Assembly: GCF_000195855.1 (NCBI RefSeq) | Contig: NC_002677.1 | Coordinates: 1,170,001-1,202,000, forward strand | Length of the DNA stretch: 32,000 bases | Direction: 5' to 3' | Origin: Mycobacterium leprae TN | GTDB taxonomy: Bacteria; Actinomycetota; Actinomycetes; Mycobacteriales; Mycobacteriaceae | Part shown: piece after piece, positions 1-8,450 of the stretch | Position numbering within the stretch: the stretch's first letter is position 1 | Layout: every line of letters begins with the position of its first letter | Notes under the pieces: model-generated | What the model was told of the DNA's origin: nothing | Seen by the model: the letters and a program-made list of their open reading frames with translations, nothing else | Databases searched by the model: none | Translations under genes and position numbers: made by a program

Positions 1-275
1 CGACCTACTCGGGGCTTTTCACTGCCGAGATTGCGTGTGAGGAAGTTGCCGACCAAGAGATGTGGGCCCGCAACGCGGACGTGATGACGAAATAGAAGGA
101 CGACATACAGGCTTGAGGTCTTCAAGGGAATGGGGGAGAAAACGCCGACTGTGCCGGTGCTGCTGGAGCACTCGCATGCGGCACTGAGTTCGTCGTGGGA
201 CGTCGACCAGTTCATTCTGCCTGTGCCAACCGACACCGAATTTGTCGCAGGTCATTGCCAGCGGTTCCACAATGA
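1..275 (+). pseudogene. WXG100 (CFP-10-like, EsxK/EsxM-type) gene remnant; cut by the window edge and internally disrupted
   Basis: Frame starting at nt 3 reads TYSGLFTAEIACEEVADQEMWARNADVMTK*. It has the same 16-residue G..MW spacing as [24 protein letters not shown] of EsxK/M-type proteins (recalled). A later frame gives FKGMGEKT, compare WSGMAEAT. Stops and frame changes are present. Confidence 0.45.
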
Positions 276-319
276 CCACAACATATCTGTACTTTATCAC
301 GACCACCCAGACGACCGTG

Positions 320-617
320 GAAGGCGAGTTTGAACTACTAGTTCGGGGATTCGACGTGCATGGCGCGATTAGCCGCGTTCAAGCGGTGTTGTTGGAGGCC
401 ACGCATCAGGCCATCCTGGCAAGTGTGTGGTATACTGCTAACTTTCGCGACGGATAAGGTTCGGCACCATGCGAGCAGTTCGTCAGTGATTTGGACCGCA
501 GCTTCCAGATGATTTATTGAGCAGGTCAATGCCCACGGCCAAAATGTGCAACGCGCCAGCTCCTTAATGGCTGACACTGATCGTTCTGTCAATTCCCTCC
601 GGGGCCTACCCCTATAA
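320..617 (+). pseudogene. WXG100 (ESAT-6-like, EsxL/EsxN-type) pseudogene
   Basis: Collinear pieces in three frames: LNY*FGD, DVHGAISRVQAVLLEATHQAILASV, GSAPCEQFVSDLDRSFQMIY*, EQVNAHGQNVQRASSLMADTDRSVNS. Compare INYQFGDVDAHGAMIRAQA.LLEAEHQAI...GS.ACQEFI.QLGRNFQVIYEQANAHGQKVQAAGNNMAQTDSAV. At least 3 in-frame stops and 2 or more frameshifts. Confidence 0.6.
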
Positions 618-1299
618 ACCGTCTGGTACGTAATTCTAGAGTGCATTGACGAGTTAGTAGAATGCTTCGCTGTGGTGGTAATGAGCGGTAGTGGTGTCAG
701 TGGCCATGTAAATGTCACCACTGGTGGCCAAGAAAAGTCCCTACCTCGACACGGGTGATTGGCTAACTCGGTTTGGCAACTCTACTTCTCGTGGTCGGTG
801 TGGCGTATCCGGTAGTACTCACCAGAAGTGACTAAGTAAGTTTTATAGTGGTGTAGTGTAGTAGGTGGTCGAGCATGCTGGTGGTGTGTTCGGGCAGGAA
901 CCGTCCCCAAATATGCCCGAAGGGCCGATGTGAGGCGATCGGCTATGAGTGACGGCTGTAACCGGTGGCTAACAAGCGAAAAAGTAGTTGGGTGCCGGTG
1001 CCATCGAGTAGGGCGAAGCTGATTTAATTGAGAGTCACGACGTCGGAGCGAAGCAGCGTGTCGATGATTTTTGTCTATGATGTTGTTGGCCAGCCCCGCG
1101 GTAGAGAGCTTCAATAAGGTTGACTACGGTGAAGTAGCGGACCGTGAACCCAGTTGACTTATATAGTGTATAGTGGCGTGTCCGCGGCTGATCAGTAGTT
1201 GACTCTTCCCTGTGCCGGTAGTGATGGTGACAAAGTGTAACAGTTGCGTGCGGCCCTGCCGCGTGAAGAGCGGGTTGTTGCAGAGATGCATCGGTTGTT

Positions 1300-1860
1300 T
1301 AAGCGATGGAACGGGGCGTTACTATCTAGTGGTGTCGCTGCCGGATGGGTTCACTAGGCACCATACGCGCGGATACGACAGATGTCTTTGGTGGCGGAGG
1401 GCGCGGTGTGGGTGTTGGTCGTGACCGATTTGAGGAAGCTGCACCGCCTGGCGCAGCGGCTTTTCGAGTCACGCGTTGCGTGACTATGTTGATAAAGGAA
1501 TAAGTAGATTCACCTCGTTCCGGATCCTGCCCACGATCACAAGAGCGGTGAATCACTTGCGCGTATTGTAGTCATAGTGAGCCTATGCTAACTTTTGTTG
1601 CTTCTGTTCGATAACGCCGACTGGTATCAACTGCTGGACTTGTGCGCGATCACCGATACGCTAATCGTGGGCGGGGTTTATCATCTGGCTGATTTCAACA
1701 ATAATCAACTGGTGCTGGGGCTTAAAAGGCACCATTTCTGAGGTCGAATTGCACCTGATCAAAGGCTGTCTTACTGCGGGGTTGAAACACAAGGCAGCCA
1801 AAGGCGAACCGTCTGGTTTCGGGGCCTCGACCAACACTTCCTCACCGCGGTAAGGCCCCT
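1300..1860 (+). pseudogene. Large serine recombinase (resolvase/invertase family) remnant
   Basis: The core at 1616-1812 translates as ADWYQLLDLCAITDTLIVGGVYHLADFNNNQLVLGLK, then (frameshift) GTISEVELHLIKGCLTAGLKHKAAKGE. This matches the conserved ..DW.QLL.LC...TLI.D.DG.YD..DFNDRLLLGLKGTMSEAEL..I..RL.GG...KA.RGE block. Upstream extent is uncertain and the C-terminal domains are absent. Confidence 0.45.
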
Positions 1861-2059
1861 AACTTAAGCAGCATGTCCAGTTCAGACGCCAGGCGGATGT
1901 TGCTGATGGCAGCGGTACCCATTAGGAACTGCTCGGCTTCTTCGCCTGGACAGTAGGATTGTTTCTCTACAACATTATTTAGGTCTGGGTCCGACTTCGT
2001 GGGCGTCAGCCTGGGTCCGTCGTAGTGCCATTGACAATGGAGGGCTCCTCGAGGCTGCG

Positions 2060-2360
2060 CAGTTCATGCTCAGTCACGATCACCTTGGTGAAAGGTTCGA
2101 GGATCGTCCAGGGTGCCATGGTTGACCACGACCGCAACGGTAGTGTCCACCAGGCGCGTGGGCACTGATGTAGTGGAGCTTGGAACCGGCCCGGTTCAGG
2201 GTTCGTTGGCGGCGATGACGTCGATTCTGGATTCTAGGTGTGCAGTCCTAGATATGTATTTGGTGGGTTCGGTTAGGTCGAGCGCAGCCATTTAGTCGGG
2301 CACGTCGACCTCCCAGTAGCTTGAGGCTGTGTCGACGAAGATGATGTCGACGTCGGATTA
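2060..2360 (-). pseudogene. Possible PIN-domain (VapC-like) toxin remnant
   Basis: The minus-strand frame gives DIIFVDTASSYWEV...(stops)...VDTTVAVVVNHGTLDDPRTFHQGDRD*. This loosely resembles the N-terminal .VDTS and C-terminal ..A.A..HG..L.T.D.DF motifs at about the right spacing. Weak evidence. Confidence 0.2.
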
Positions 2361-2897
2361 TAGAGTGGTCGGTGAGATGGCCAATACATACCGCATGGTG
2401 ACATGGTTGGGTTGCCGAGGCCGGCCGCTCAGCAGCCGGGGACTGCGACCCCGAGCCCGATCATCGAACTATCATGGCTAACGTTAGTGTCGGCACATGC
2501 TTCTCATTTAGGGGAAAGTTGTGTGGAAGACGGGGCTGAGCAGCAAGCCGGTGACCACAACGTTGGTGAGCGCCCAGGTAACTCTGGAAATACCCACTTT
2601 AACTACGTTGTTTCTTTGTTCGGCATCCATAGGGCGGTAAAATCGAGCTCGATAATCCCAATATGGTGTGGCTTGCTGCGCTATCGGCTTCGACACCGGT
2701 ATGGGACAGCACCATTTCGACATCGACTCGGTATCTGTTATTGTAATATTTTTGATTTAACTTCGCAAGTATCGTTTGCTGGAGCAAAGTTATCTGGGCT
2801 CCGCGATAATACGGGCTGTACTGGGTGAACCCGCTCGTTGGGCAGGGTACGGGCATGACCACAGGATCGGGCATGTCCTTTAGCTGGAAGACACTTA

Positions 2898-4982
2898 GTG
2901 AACGAGCAGAGAGGTCGAGTGAGCAAGCGGGTAAGGAGGGCGCTGGCCAACACGGCGACCACAGCGGTGGTTACTGTGTTGTTGGCGCCTGTTGTGACTG
3001 CATCTCCCACCGGTGACGCCGACGATGCTATTACGGCCGCGTGGCACAAGGCCGGTGGTGACAATTCGGTGCTTGGCGCCAAGAAGGGCGAGGTATATCC
3101 TCTTGGTGACGGTTTCGCACAGAACTTTGCGTCCGGTAAACTATTCTTCACTACGGCTACCGGCGCCAAGTTGCTATATGGGCCAGTACTAGGTAAATAC
3201 GAGTCACTCGGCGGTCCGGTCAACAGCGATCTGGGATTCCCAATCATCGACGAAGTTCCCGGTCTAGCTGGACCCGACAGCCGAGTTAGTATATTCGCTG
3301 CCAGCGACAACCCGGTGATTTTTTGGACGCCCGACCACGGCGCGTTTGTTGTGCGTGGTGCGCTCAATGCGGCGTGGGACAAACTCGGCAGTTCAGCCGG
3401 CGTCCTCGGTGTCCCGGTCGCAGATGAAAGCTTCGACGGTGAGGTTATCTCCCAGAAGTTTAGTGGTGGCGCAGTCTTTTGGAACAAGAAAAGCAGCGAG
3501 TTCACCACCGAGCCAACGGCACTAGCCGAGCAGCTAACAGGATTGCTGGTAGCAACCGATCCCACCACGGCCATCAGCATGGCCTGGCGTGCGGCCGGCG
3601 GCGTTTCGGGTCCGCTAGGCCCCAAGCAGGGCGGGCAGCATCCCATCGGTGCTGACGGAATTATTCAGGACTTTGCTGGTGGCAAGGTATTTTTCAGCAA
3701 AGCCACCGGTGCTAATGCGGTCGAGAATGACATTCTGGCTAAGTATGAGTCTCTAGGCGGTCCGGTCGGCAGCGACTTGGGTTTCCCCGCCGCCAACGAG
3801 GGAGACGGGGGCATCGTTACCTCCAGCCGGATCGCCATTTTCTCCGCAGCCGATAAGCCGGTGATTTTTTGGACACCCGACCACGGCGCGTTTGTCGTGC
3901 GCGGAGCGATGAAGGCGGCGTGGGACAAACTCAAAGGTCCCAACGGCAAACTCGGCGTGCCGGTAGCAGACCAATCGGTGGATGGTAATGTGATCTCGCA
4001 GAGATTTATCGGTGGCAAGATCTCATGGAACCGCGCTAATAACACCTTCACTGCCGATCCGGCGAACTTAGCGTCGTTGTTGTCTGGTCTGCAGGTGTCC
4101 GAGCAGAGCCAACCGAGTGAGTTGGCGATGCTATTCCACGCCAAGAAATCCACCGGGCATTGGTGGTGGTTGGTGGCTGCGGTTGCTGTGCTGTTAGTGA
4201 TCGTGATGTTCGTCTTGCTAGCACTCGGGTGGCGTCGGCGTCGCACCGCTCACGATATCGTTGCTGACTCCCATGACCACGATATGGACGTTGGCATGGA
4301 CTTTGGCTACAAGGCCGCAGTTGATGGGCAGTGTACCTACGACGCCGAGTCTGGTACCGAGCATCCGGTGCGTGATGTCGAACGCGGACCGACGGTCAGT
4401 TGGTTGCGTGGAGCACAGGACGCTACCGGCCTGGCTCAGGATGCTAGGCTTGGCCCGGCGTTCGGCAGCGAATTGCCGTCCGAGTCCGAGGAGCCTTTAG
4501 GCCTTGAAGAGGATGATCCCGACGCGGTGGATACGGATTCTATGCCGGCTCTGTCTGATGCTGACTTTCCATATGCTGCTTTGTCGGATGCAGCACACTG
4601 GGATGCCGATGCTGCGGAGGTCGTCGCCACTGACAACAGTAGTGTCGCCACTGACAACAGTAGTTTGTTGGAAACTGCTGCTGACACTGAGGTAAGCACG
4701 GGTCGACACGCAGCCGTTGATATGGCAGATGCGATGGATGCGTCCTTCCCGGGCGTCACTGTGCCGAGGATGCTGTTCCGGCCAAGCCCGACTCTCCGGC
4801 CGACGATCCACCTGCCGTTGGATGACCCTTATCAGGTACCCGACGGTTATCCTATTAAAGCTAGTCCGCGCTTCGGTCTGTACTATACCCCGGCGAGCGA
4901 ATTATACCATGACACGCTCGCTGAAGTCTGGCTAGCCAATGAAGAAATCGCCCAGGTCAACGGCTTTATTAAGGCCGACTGA
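2898..4982 (+). CDS. LGFP-repeat secreted/membrane-anchored protein (Rv2721c-like, Ala/Gly-rich)
   Basis: 694-aa ORF with a GTG start. It has an N-terminal signal-like segment (TTAVVTVLLAPVVTASP) and two ~180-aa modules with LGFP motifs (LGGPVNSDLGFP, LGGPVGSDLGFP). A TM helix (WWWLVAAVAVLLVIVMFVLLALGWRRRR), an acidic low-complexity tail and a conserved C-terminal ~60 aa follow. It is convergent with lexA, as in M. tuberculosis. Confidence 0.9.
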   Translation: MNEQRGRVSKRVRRALANTATTAVVTVLLAPVVTASPTGDADDAITAAWHKAGGDNSVLGAKKGEVYPLGDGFAQNFASGKLFFTTATGAKLLYGPVLGKYESLGGPVNSDLGFPIIDEVPGLAGPDSRVSIFAASDNPVIFWTPDHGAFVVRGALNAAWDKLGSSAGVLGVPVADESFDGEVISQKFSGGAVFWNKKSSEFTTEPTALAEQLTGLLVATDPTTAISMAWRAAGGVSGPLGPKQGGQHPIGADGIIQDFAGGKVFFSKATGANAVENDILAKYESLGGPVGSDLGFPAANEGDGGIVTSSRIAIFSAADKPVIFWTPDHGAFVVRGAMKAAWDKLKGPNGKLGVPVADQSVDGNVISQRFIGGKISWNRANNTFTADPANLASLLSGLQVSEQSQPSELAMLFHAKKSTGHWWWLVAAVAVLLVIVMFVLLALGWRRRRTAHDIVADSHDHDMDVGMDFGYKAAVDGQCTYDAESGTEHPVRDVERGPTVSWLRGAQDATGLAQDARLGPAFGSELPSESEEPLGLEEDDPDAVDTDSMPALSDADFPYAALSDAAHWDADAAEVVATDNSSVATDNSSLLETAADTEVSTGRHAAVDMADAMDASFPGVTVPRMLFRPSPTLRPTIHLPLDDPYQVPDGYPIKASPRFGLYYTPASELYHDTLAEVWLANEEIAQVNGFIKAD
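4623..4664. repeat. Exact 21-bp tandem duplication (gtcgccactgacaacagtagt x2), in frame within the LGFP-protein gene
   Basis: Read directly from the sequence. It encodes VATDNSS VATDNSS in the acidic C-terminal tail. Confidence 0.95.
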
Positions 4983-5020
4983 CGATGGTCCGGTCGACTA
5001 CGCACAAGACTTTTCGGGGG

Positions 5021-5728
5021 TTATATCTTGCGGATTACTGTCACGACTTTGCCAAGCACCGTTGCATCGTTGCCGGGAATGGGATCGAACGCTGGATTGT
5101 GCGGTATCAGCCACACCTGACCGCCTGCGCGTTTGAACGTCTTCACGGTGGCCTCACCGTCAATCATGGCTGCGACGATATCGCCGTTGTCGGCGACTTT
5201 TTGTTGCCGTACGACCACCCAGTCACCGTCGCAGATCGCGGCTTCGACCATCGAGTCGCCGGTCACCTTGAGTAAAAAGAGCGTACCCTCGCCGACCAGT
5301 TCACGGGGCAGCGGAAAGATGTCCTCGACAGTTCCTTCGGCGAAGATCGGACTACCGGCCGCGATGCGTCCGAGGATCGGGACAAAGGTGGGCTCCGGTA
5401 AGACGTCTGAGCCAGCGACTTCGGTGAGTACAGCGGGGCCGGCTGCCTGAGTCTCTTCGACGCCGCGGACATTGACAGCTCGCGGGCGATTCGGGTCACG
5501 GCGCAAGTAGCCCTTGCGTTCAAGGGTGCGCAGCTGGTGAGCCACCGAGGATGTCGACGTCAGACCGACAGCATCGGCGATTTCCCGGATGCTGGGTGGG
5601 TATCCGCGGCTGGTTACCGAGGCCCGGATGACGTTCAGGATGGTGCGTTGCCGCTCGGTGAGCCCTGAATCCATAGAATGCAAGCGGCCGTCGACGGTGA
5701 TGCCTGATATGTCGGTGCTGTCGCTCAT
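5021..5728 (-). CDS. lexA: LexA repressor
   Basis: 235-aa ORF with an N-terminal winged-helix region ([53 protein letters not shown]). The C-terminal S24 peptidase domain carries GDSM and a [18 protein letters not shown] motif. Confidence 0.97.
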
Positions 5729-5760
5729 GCCACTGAATGTAGTCCGATGTCAGTGGAGAA

Positions 5761-5776
5761 TCAAACATGTGTTCGA
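5761..5776. promoter_or_regulatory. SOS box (LexA operator) upstream of lexA
   Basis: tcaaacatgtgttcga is TCGAAC-N4-GTTCGA with one mismatch. It lies 33 nt upstream of the lexA start. Confidence 0.7.
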
Positions 5777-5883
5777 CAAATGTGTTGCGGGAGCGGGATC
5801 GTCCGCCAGCCTAGAAGACCGTATTGCGGCGGATAGGTATTGGATTCCCTGCCGCAGCTTGGGGCAAGTGGGCAAAGTCTAAA

Positions 5884-5905
5884 TGTCGGTGGTCTGAGCT
5901 AGCGT
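5884..5905 (+). promoter_or_regulatory. RecA-independent DNA-damage promoter motif (RecA-NDp / PafBC-type), oriented towards the LysM gene
   Basis: TGTCGGTG-gtctgagc-TAGCGT fits the published mycobacterial consensus tTGTCRgtg-N8-TAnnnT exactly in both blocks and spacing. Confidence 0.6.
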
Positions 5906-5944
5906 GCATACACGCCCGACACGCTTCGATCGAATGTTCGTATA

Positions 5945-5960
5945 TCGAACATATGATCGA
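5945..5960. promoter_or_regulatory. SOS box upstream of the LysM (chiZ-like) gene
   Basis: tcgaacatatgatcga is TCGAAC-N4-GTTCGA with one mismatch. Weaker box-like sites flank it at 5926-5941 (tcgatcgaatgttcgt) and 5967-5982 (tcgaacgcacgagcga). Confidence 0.6.
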
Positions 5961-6007
5961 TTAATGTCGAACGCACGAGCGAGAAATTGTTGATCGGAGG
6001 AACGCAC

Positions 6008-6502
6008 ATGCTAGTCATCTACGCAGTACCGCCGCTTATCGGGAATGTCCGGCACCCGATGAGCCGACCGATTCTTGGACCTCGTTGTGGCAGCGGTGAG
6101 TCGGCTGGATCTCGCAGGCCGGCTCCGTCGCGGTCAGCGAGTGCGCCGATGCGCTACTCCGGCGCTAGTGTCGCGATGTTGGTCGCCCCACATCGTGGGC
6201 GTACCGTTTCACTCGCGAAAACGATCGGGCTGGCCTTGCTCGCCGGGATGATCACCTTGTGGCTCGGTTTAATGGCCGACGTCAGCCAGGTGATCGATGG
6301 CGACGCCACCGGTTTTGTCACTCACGTGCCAAACAGGCTAGCCGTGGTGCGGGTTGAAGCCGGAGAGTCGCTTCAGGACGTGGCTGCCCGGGTAGCACCC
6401 GACGCACCAGTTCGCCAAGTGAGCGAGCGCATTCGTGAACTTAACGTCCTGGACTCGTCGATGCTCGTCGCGGGCCAGACCCTGATCGCTCCGGTTGGCT
6501 GA
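6008..6502 (+). CDS. chiZ: LysM-domain membrane protein, DNA-damage-inducible cell-wall hydrolase-like (Rv2719c/ChiZ orthologue)
   Basis: The ORF is open from 5987 (TTG). The ATG at 6008 follows ggagga; the ATG at 6059 is an alternative start. It has a TM segment ([18 protein letters not shown]) and a C-terminal LysM ([52 protein letters not shown]). It is divergent from lexA. Confidence 0.85.
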   Translation: MLVIYAVPPLIGNVRHPMSRPILGPRCGSGESAGSRRPAPSRSASAPMRYSGASVAMLVAPHRGRTVSLAKTIGLALLAGMITLWLGLMADVSQVIDGDATGFVTHVPNRLAVVRVEAGESLQDVAARVAPDAPVRQVSERIRELNVLDSSMLVAGQTLIAPVG

Positions 6503-6663
6503 CGGCTTCTTGGTGTATTGCGGAAACCGCCCAAAGGCAAAGCTACCCGGTGTTTGTGGCGATGAACGCGCATGTGTGGCGGCAGTATTCGTTGGTTGGG
6601 GCAGTGACAGGTATTCTCGGAACGTCTGCGATACCTTGACATCAGCCCGGCAAAGGAGCGGTC

Positions 6664-7128
6664 ATGCATTGCCCGTTCTGCAGGCATTCCGATTCCAGGG
6701 TGATTGATTCGCGAGAAACTGATGAAGGCCAAGCGATTCGACGCCGTCGGTCGTGCCCAGAGTGCGGGCGGCGGTTCACCACCGTAGAAACTGCTGTGGT
6801 GGCCGTCGTGAAGCGCAGCGGTGTTACGGAGCCCTTCAGCCGGGGGAAGGTCATTCGCGGCGTCCGTCGGGCTTGTCAGGGTCGCCAAGTAGATGACGAC
6901 GCGCTGAACCTCTTGGCCCAGCAGGTGGAAGACACCGTTCGTGCTGCGGGGTTGCCAGAGGTCCCAAGTCACGAGGTTGGCCTGGCGATCCTTGGGCCGT
7001 TACGCGAACTCGACGAAGTGGCTTATTTGCGTTTCGCGTCGGTATACCGATCCTTTTCGTCGGCCGACGACTTCGAGCGCGAGATTGAGGCGCTTCGCGC
7101 ACACCGCAGAGTATCCACTTCACGCTGA
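6664..7128 (+). CDS. nrdR: Transcriptional repressor NrdR
   Basis: 154 aa. The N-terminal zinc ribbon is [17 protein letters not shown]...[12 protein letters not shown], followed by an ATP-cone. An aaggag RBS lies 6 nt upstream. Confidence 0.97.
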
Positions 7129-7169
7129 CGGATTGCAGTGGATGGCTCGGTTCCCATTAGGCTGACTGC

Positions 7170-7655
7170 ATGCCTTCCGATCTGTGCCCTGATCTTCAGG
7201 CACTGGCACCGCTGCTTGGTTCGTGGGTCGGTCGAGGCATGGGAAAGTACCCGACGATCCAGCCGTTCGAATACCTCGAGGAAGTTGTGTTTTCCCATCT
7301 GGATAGACCCTTCCTGACTTATACGCAGAAGACCAGGGCAATAACCGACGGGAAGCCGTTGCATGCTGAGACAGGCTACCTTCGTGTGCCGCAACCGGGT
7401 CACATCGAACTAGTTCTCGCCCATCACAGCGATATTGCGGAAATCGAAGTGGGTACATATTCGGTGACCGGCGATCTCATCGAAGTTGAGTTGGTCACAA
7501 CAACGATCGGGTTGGTTCCGACCGCCAAACAGGTGACTGCGCTTGGTCGTTTTTTCCGCATCGATGGCGACGAATTTGCATATTCGGTGCAGATGGGCGC
7601 AGTGGGGCAACCCCTGCAGGATCACCTCGTCGCCGTGTTGCACCGAAAGCAATGA
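7170..7655 (+). CDS. Nitrobindin-like heme-binding beta-barrel protein (Rv2717c orthologue, DUF1794/THAP4-like)
   Basis: 161-aa ORF with LAPLLGSWVGRGMGKYPTIQPFEYLEEVVF..., typical of this family. It holds the syntenic position after nrdR. Confidence 0.85.
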   Translation: MPSDLCPDLQALAPLLGSWVGRGMGKYPTIQPFEYLEEVVFSHLDRPFLTYTQKTRAITDGKPLHAETGYLRVPQPGHIELVLAHHSDIAEIEVGTYSVTGDLIEVELVTTTIGLVPTAKQVTALGRFFRIDGDEFAYSVQMGAVGQPLQDHLVAVLHRKQ

Positions 7656-7694
7656 ACTCTCGCTGGTCGGCTGGGTTCGCTGCGCCGGCCGCGA

Positions 7695-8428
7695 TCAGTC
7701 CAGGCATATCACATCGTTTTTATGACTTGGCCTGCTACCTGAGCTCAGTCCTCGGGACTCCAAGGTGGTTGTGATCAGAGATCTCTTGCCCTGGGTGATT
7801 AGTCAGATCGTGGCTGAGGTAGTCGAGTCGATAATCTGCATCGCCACCGAGCCCGTCTTTTCGTTTTCCGGTACGCCTAGGTGGGCGGCAAACATTCGCG
7901 CACGCAGCTATCGGGCTTGACCGATCGCCCCAGGCCCACAGGTAGTGTGTAATGTCGTCGGGAAAATCGGCGGGGTTGGCGGAGCCAAGGGGACCGAGCG
8001 AGTCGAAGTTGTGGATGGTGAATTCGGGAGCTCATTCCGCACGTGCCCTGATCCTGGTACGGTGGCTTGGTGCACCGGTACTTTCGTTTCACCTGCGCGA
8101 TGCTAGCCGGGATCTGCAGAGTGTTGATTGGCATACCGTTGGCACGCAGCTAACATGACCGACGCTCCGACTGCTTGGGTGACTGGCCAACTGGAGTTCG
8201 GTTCCGCAGTGTGGATGGACGTGTGCACGGTAGTCGAGTCGGCGGTGGGCAGGTCGACAAATATCGTTTCATTATAGCCCAATTGGGTGCCAGGTGTTCC
8301 CGATCCCCGGTTTGTACTTGCCTAACGTCAACTACATCGAGTGGATTCCTGGAATTTACATCTGCATCGGTGAAAACCCGCAATACCGTAATGTTCGATA
8401 CCCACGGCTCGACTTTACGGTCCTGCAC
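7695..8428 (-). pseudogene. PhzF-family isomerase pseudogene (Rv2716 orthologue)
   Basis: Collinear pieces: ITVLRVFTDADVNSRNPLDVV... (stop at 8150), PINTLQIPASIAQV... (stop at 7877), then in another frame ITQGKRSLITTTLES...VICLD* ending at 7695. That gives at least 1 in-frame stop and at least 1 frameshift. Confidence 0.8.
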
Positions 8429-8450
8429 GACGAGCGTGCGGCTGGGTTGC

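Noticed and set aside
620-1300. Unassigned stretch between the esx remnant and the recombinase remnant, including the 110-aa minus-strand ORF at 782-1114
   Set aside because: No frame gave a recognisable motif. It could be further mobile-element debris or a dispersed repeat copy, but I could not match it to anything from memory.
2508-2723. 71-aa minus-strand ORF with one hydrophobic segment, a possible small membrane protein (Rv2722-like position)
   Set aside because: I cannot recall a matching family and there is no clear RBS. It overlaps two other similar-sized ORFs, so the support is insufficient to call it.
2738-3646. 302-aa ORF on the minus strand
   Set aside because: It lies entirely antisense to the well-supported LGFP-repeat gene. 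Its product is Pro/Ala/Ser/Thr-rich, typical of antisense frames in GC-rich DNA, and carries no recognisable motif.
6373-6972. 199-aa minus-strand ORF spanning the chiZ-like/nrdR junction
   Set aside because: It is antisense to two conserved genes and crosses their intergenic spacer. The composition is Arg/Pro-rich and the frame is an artefact.
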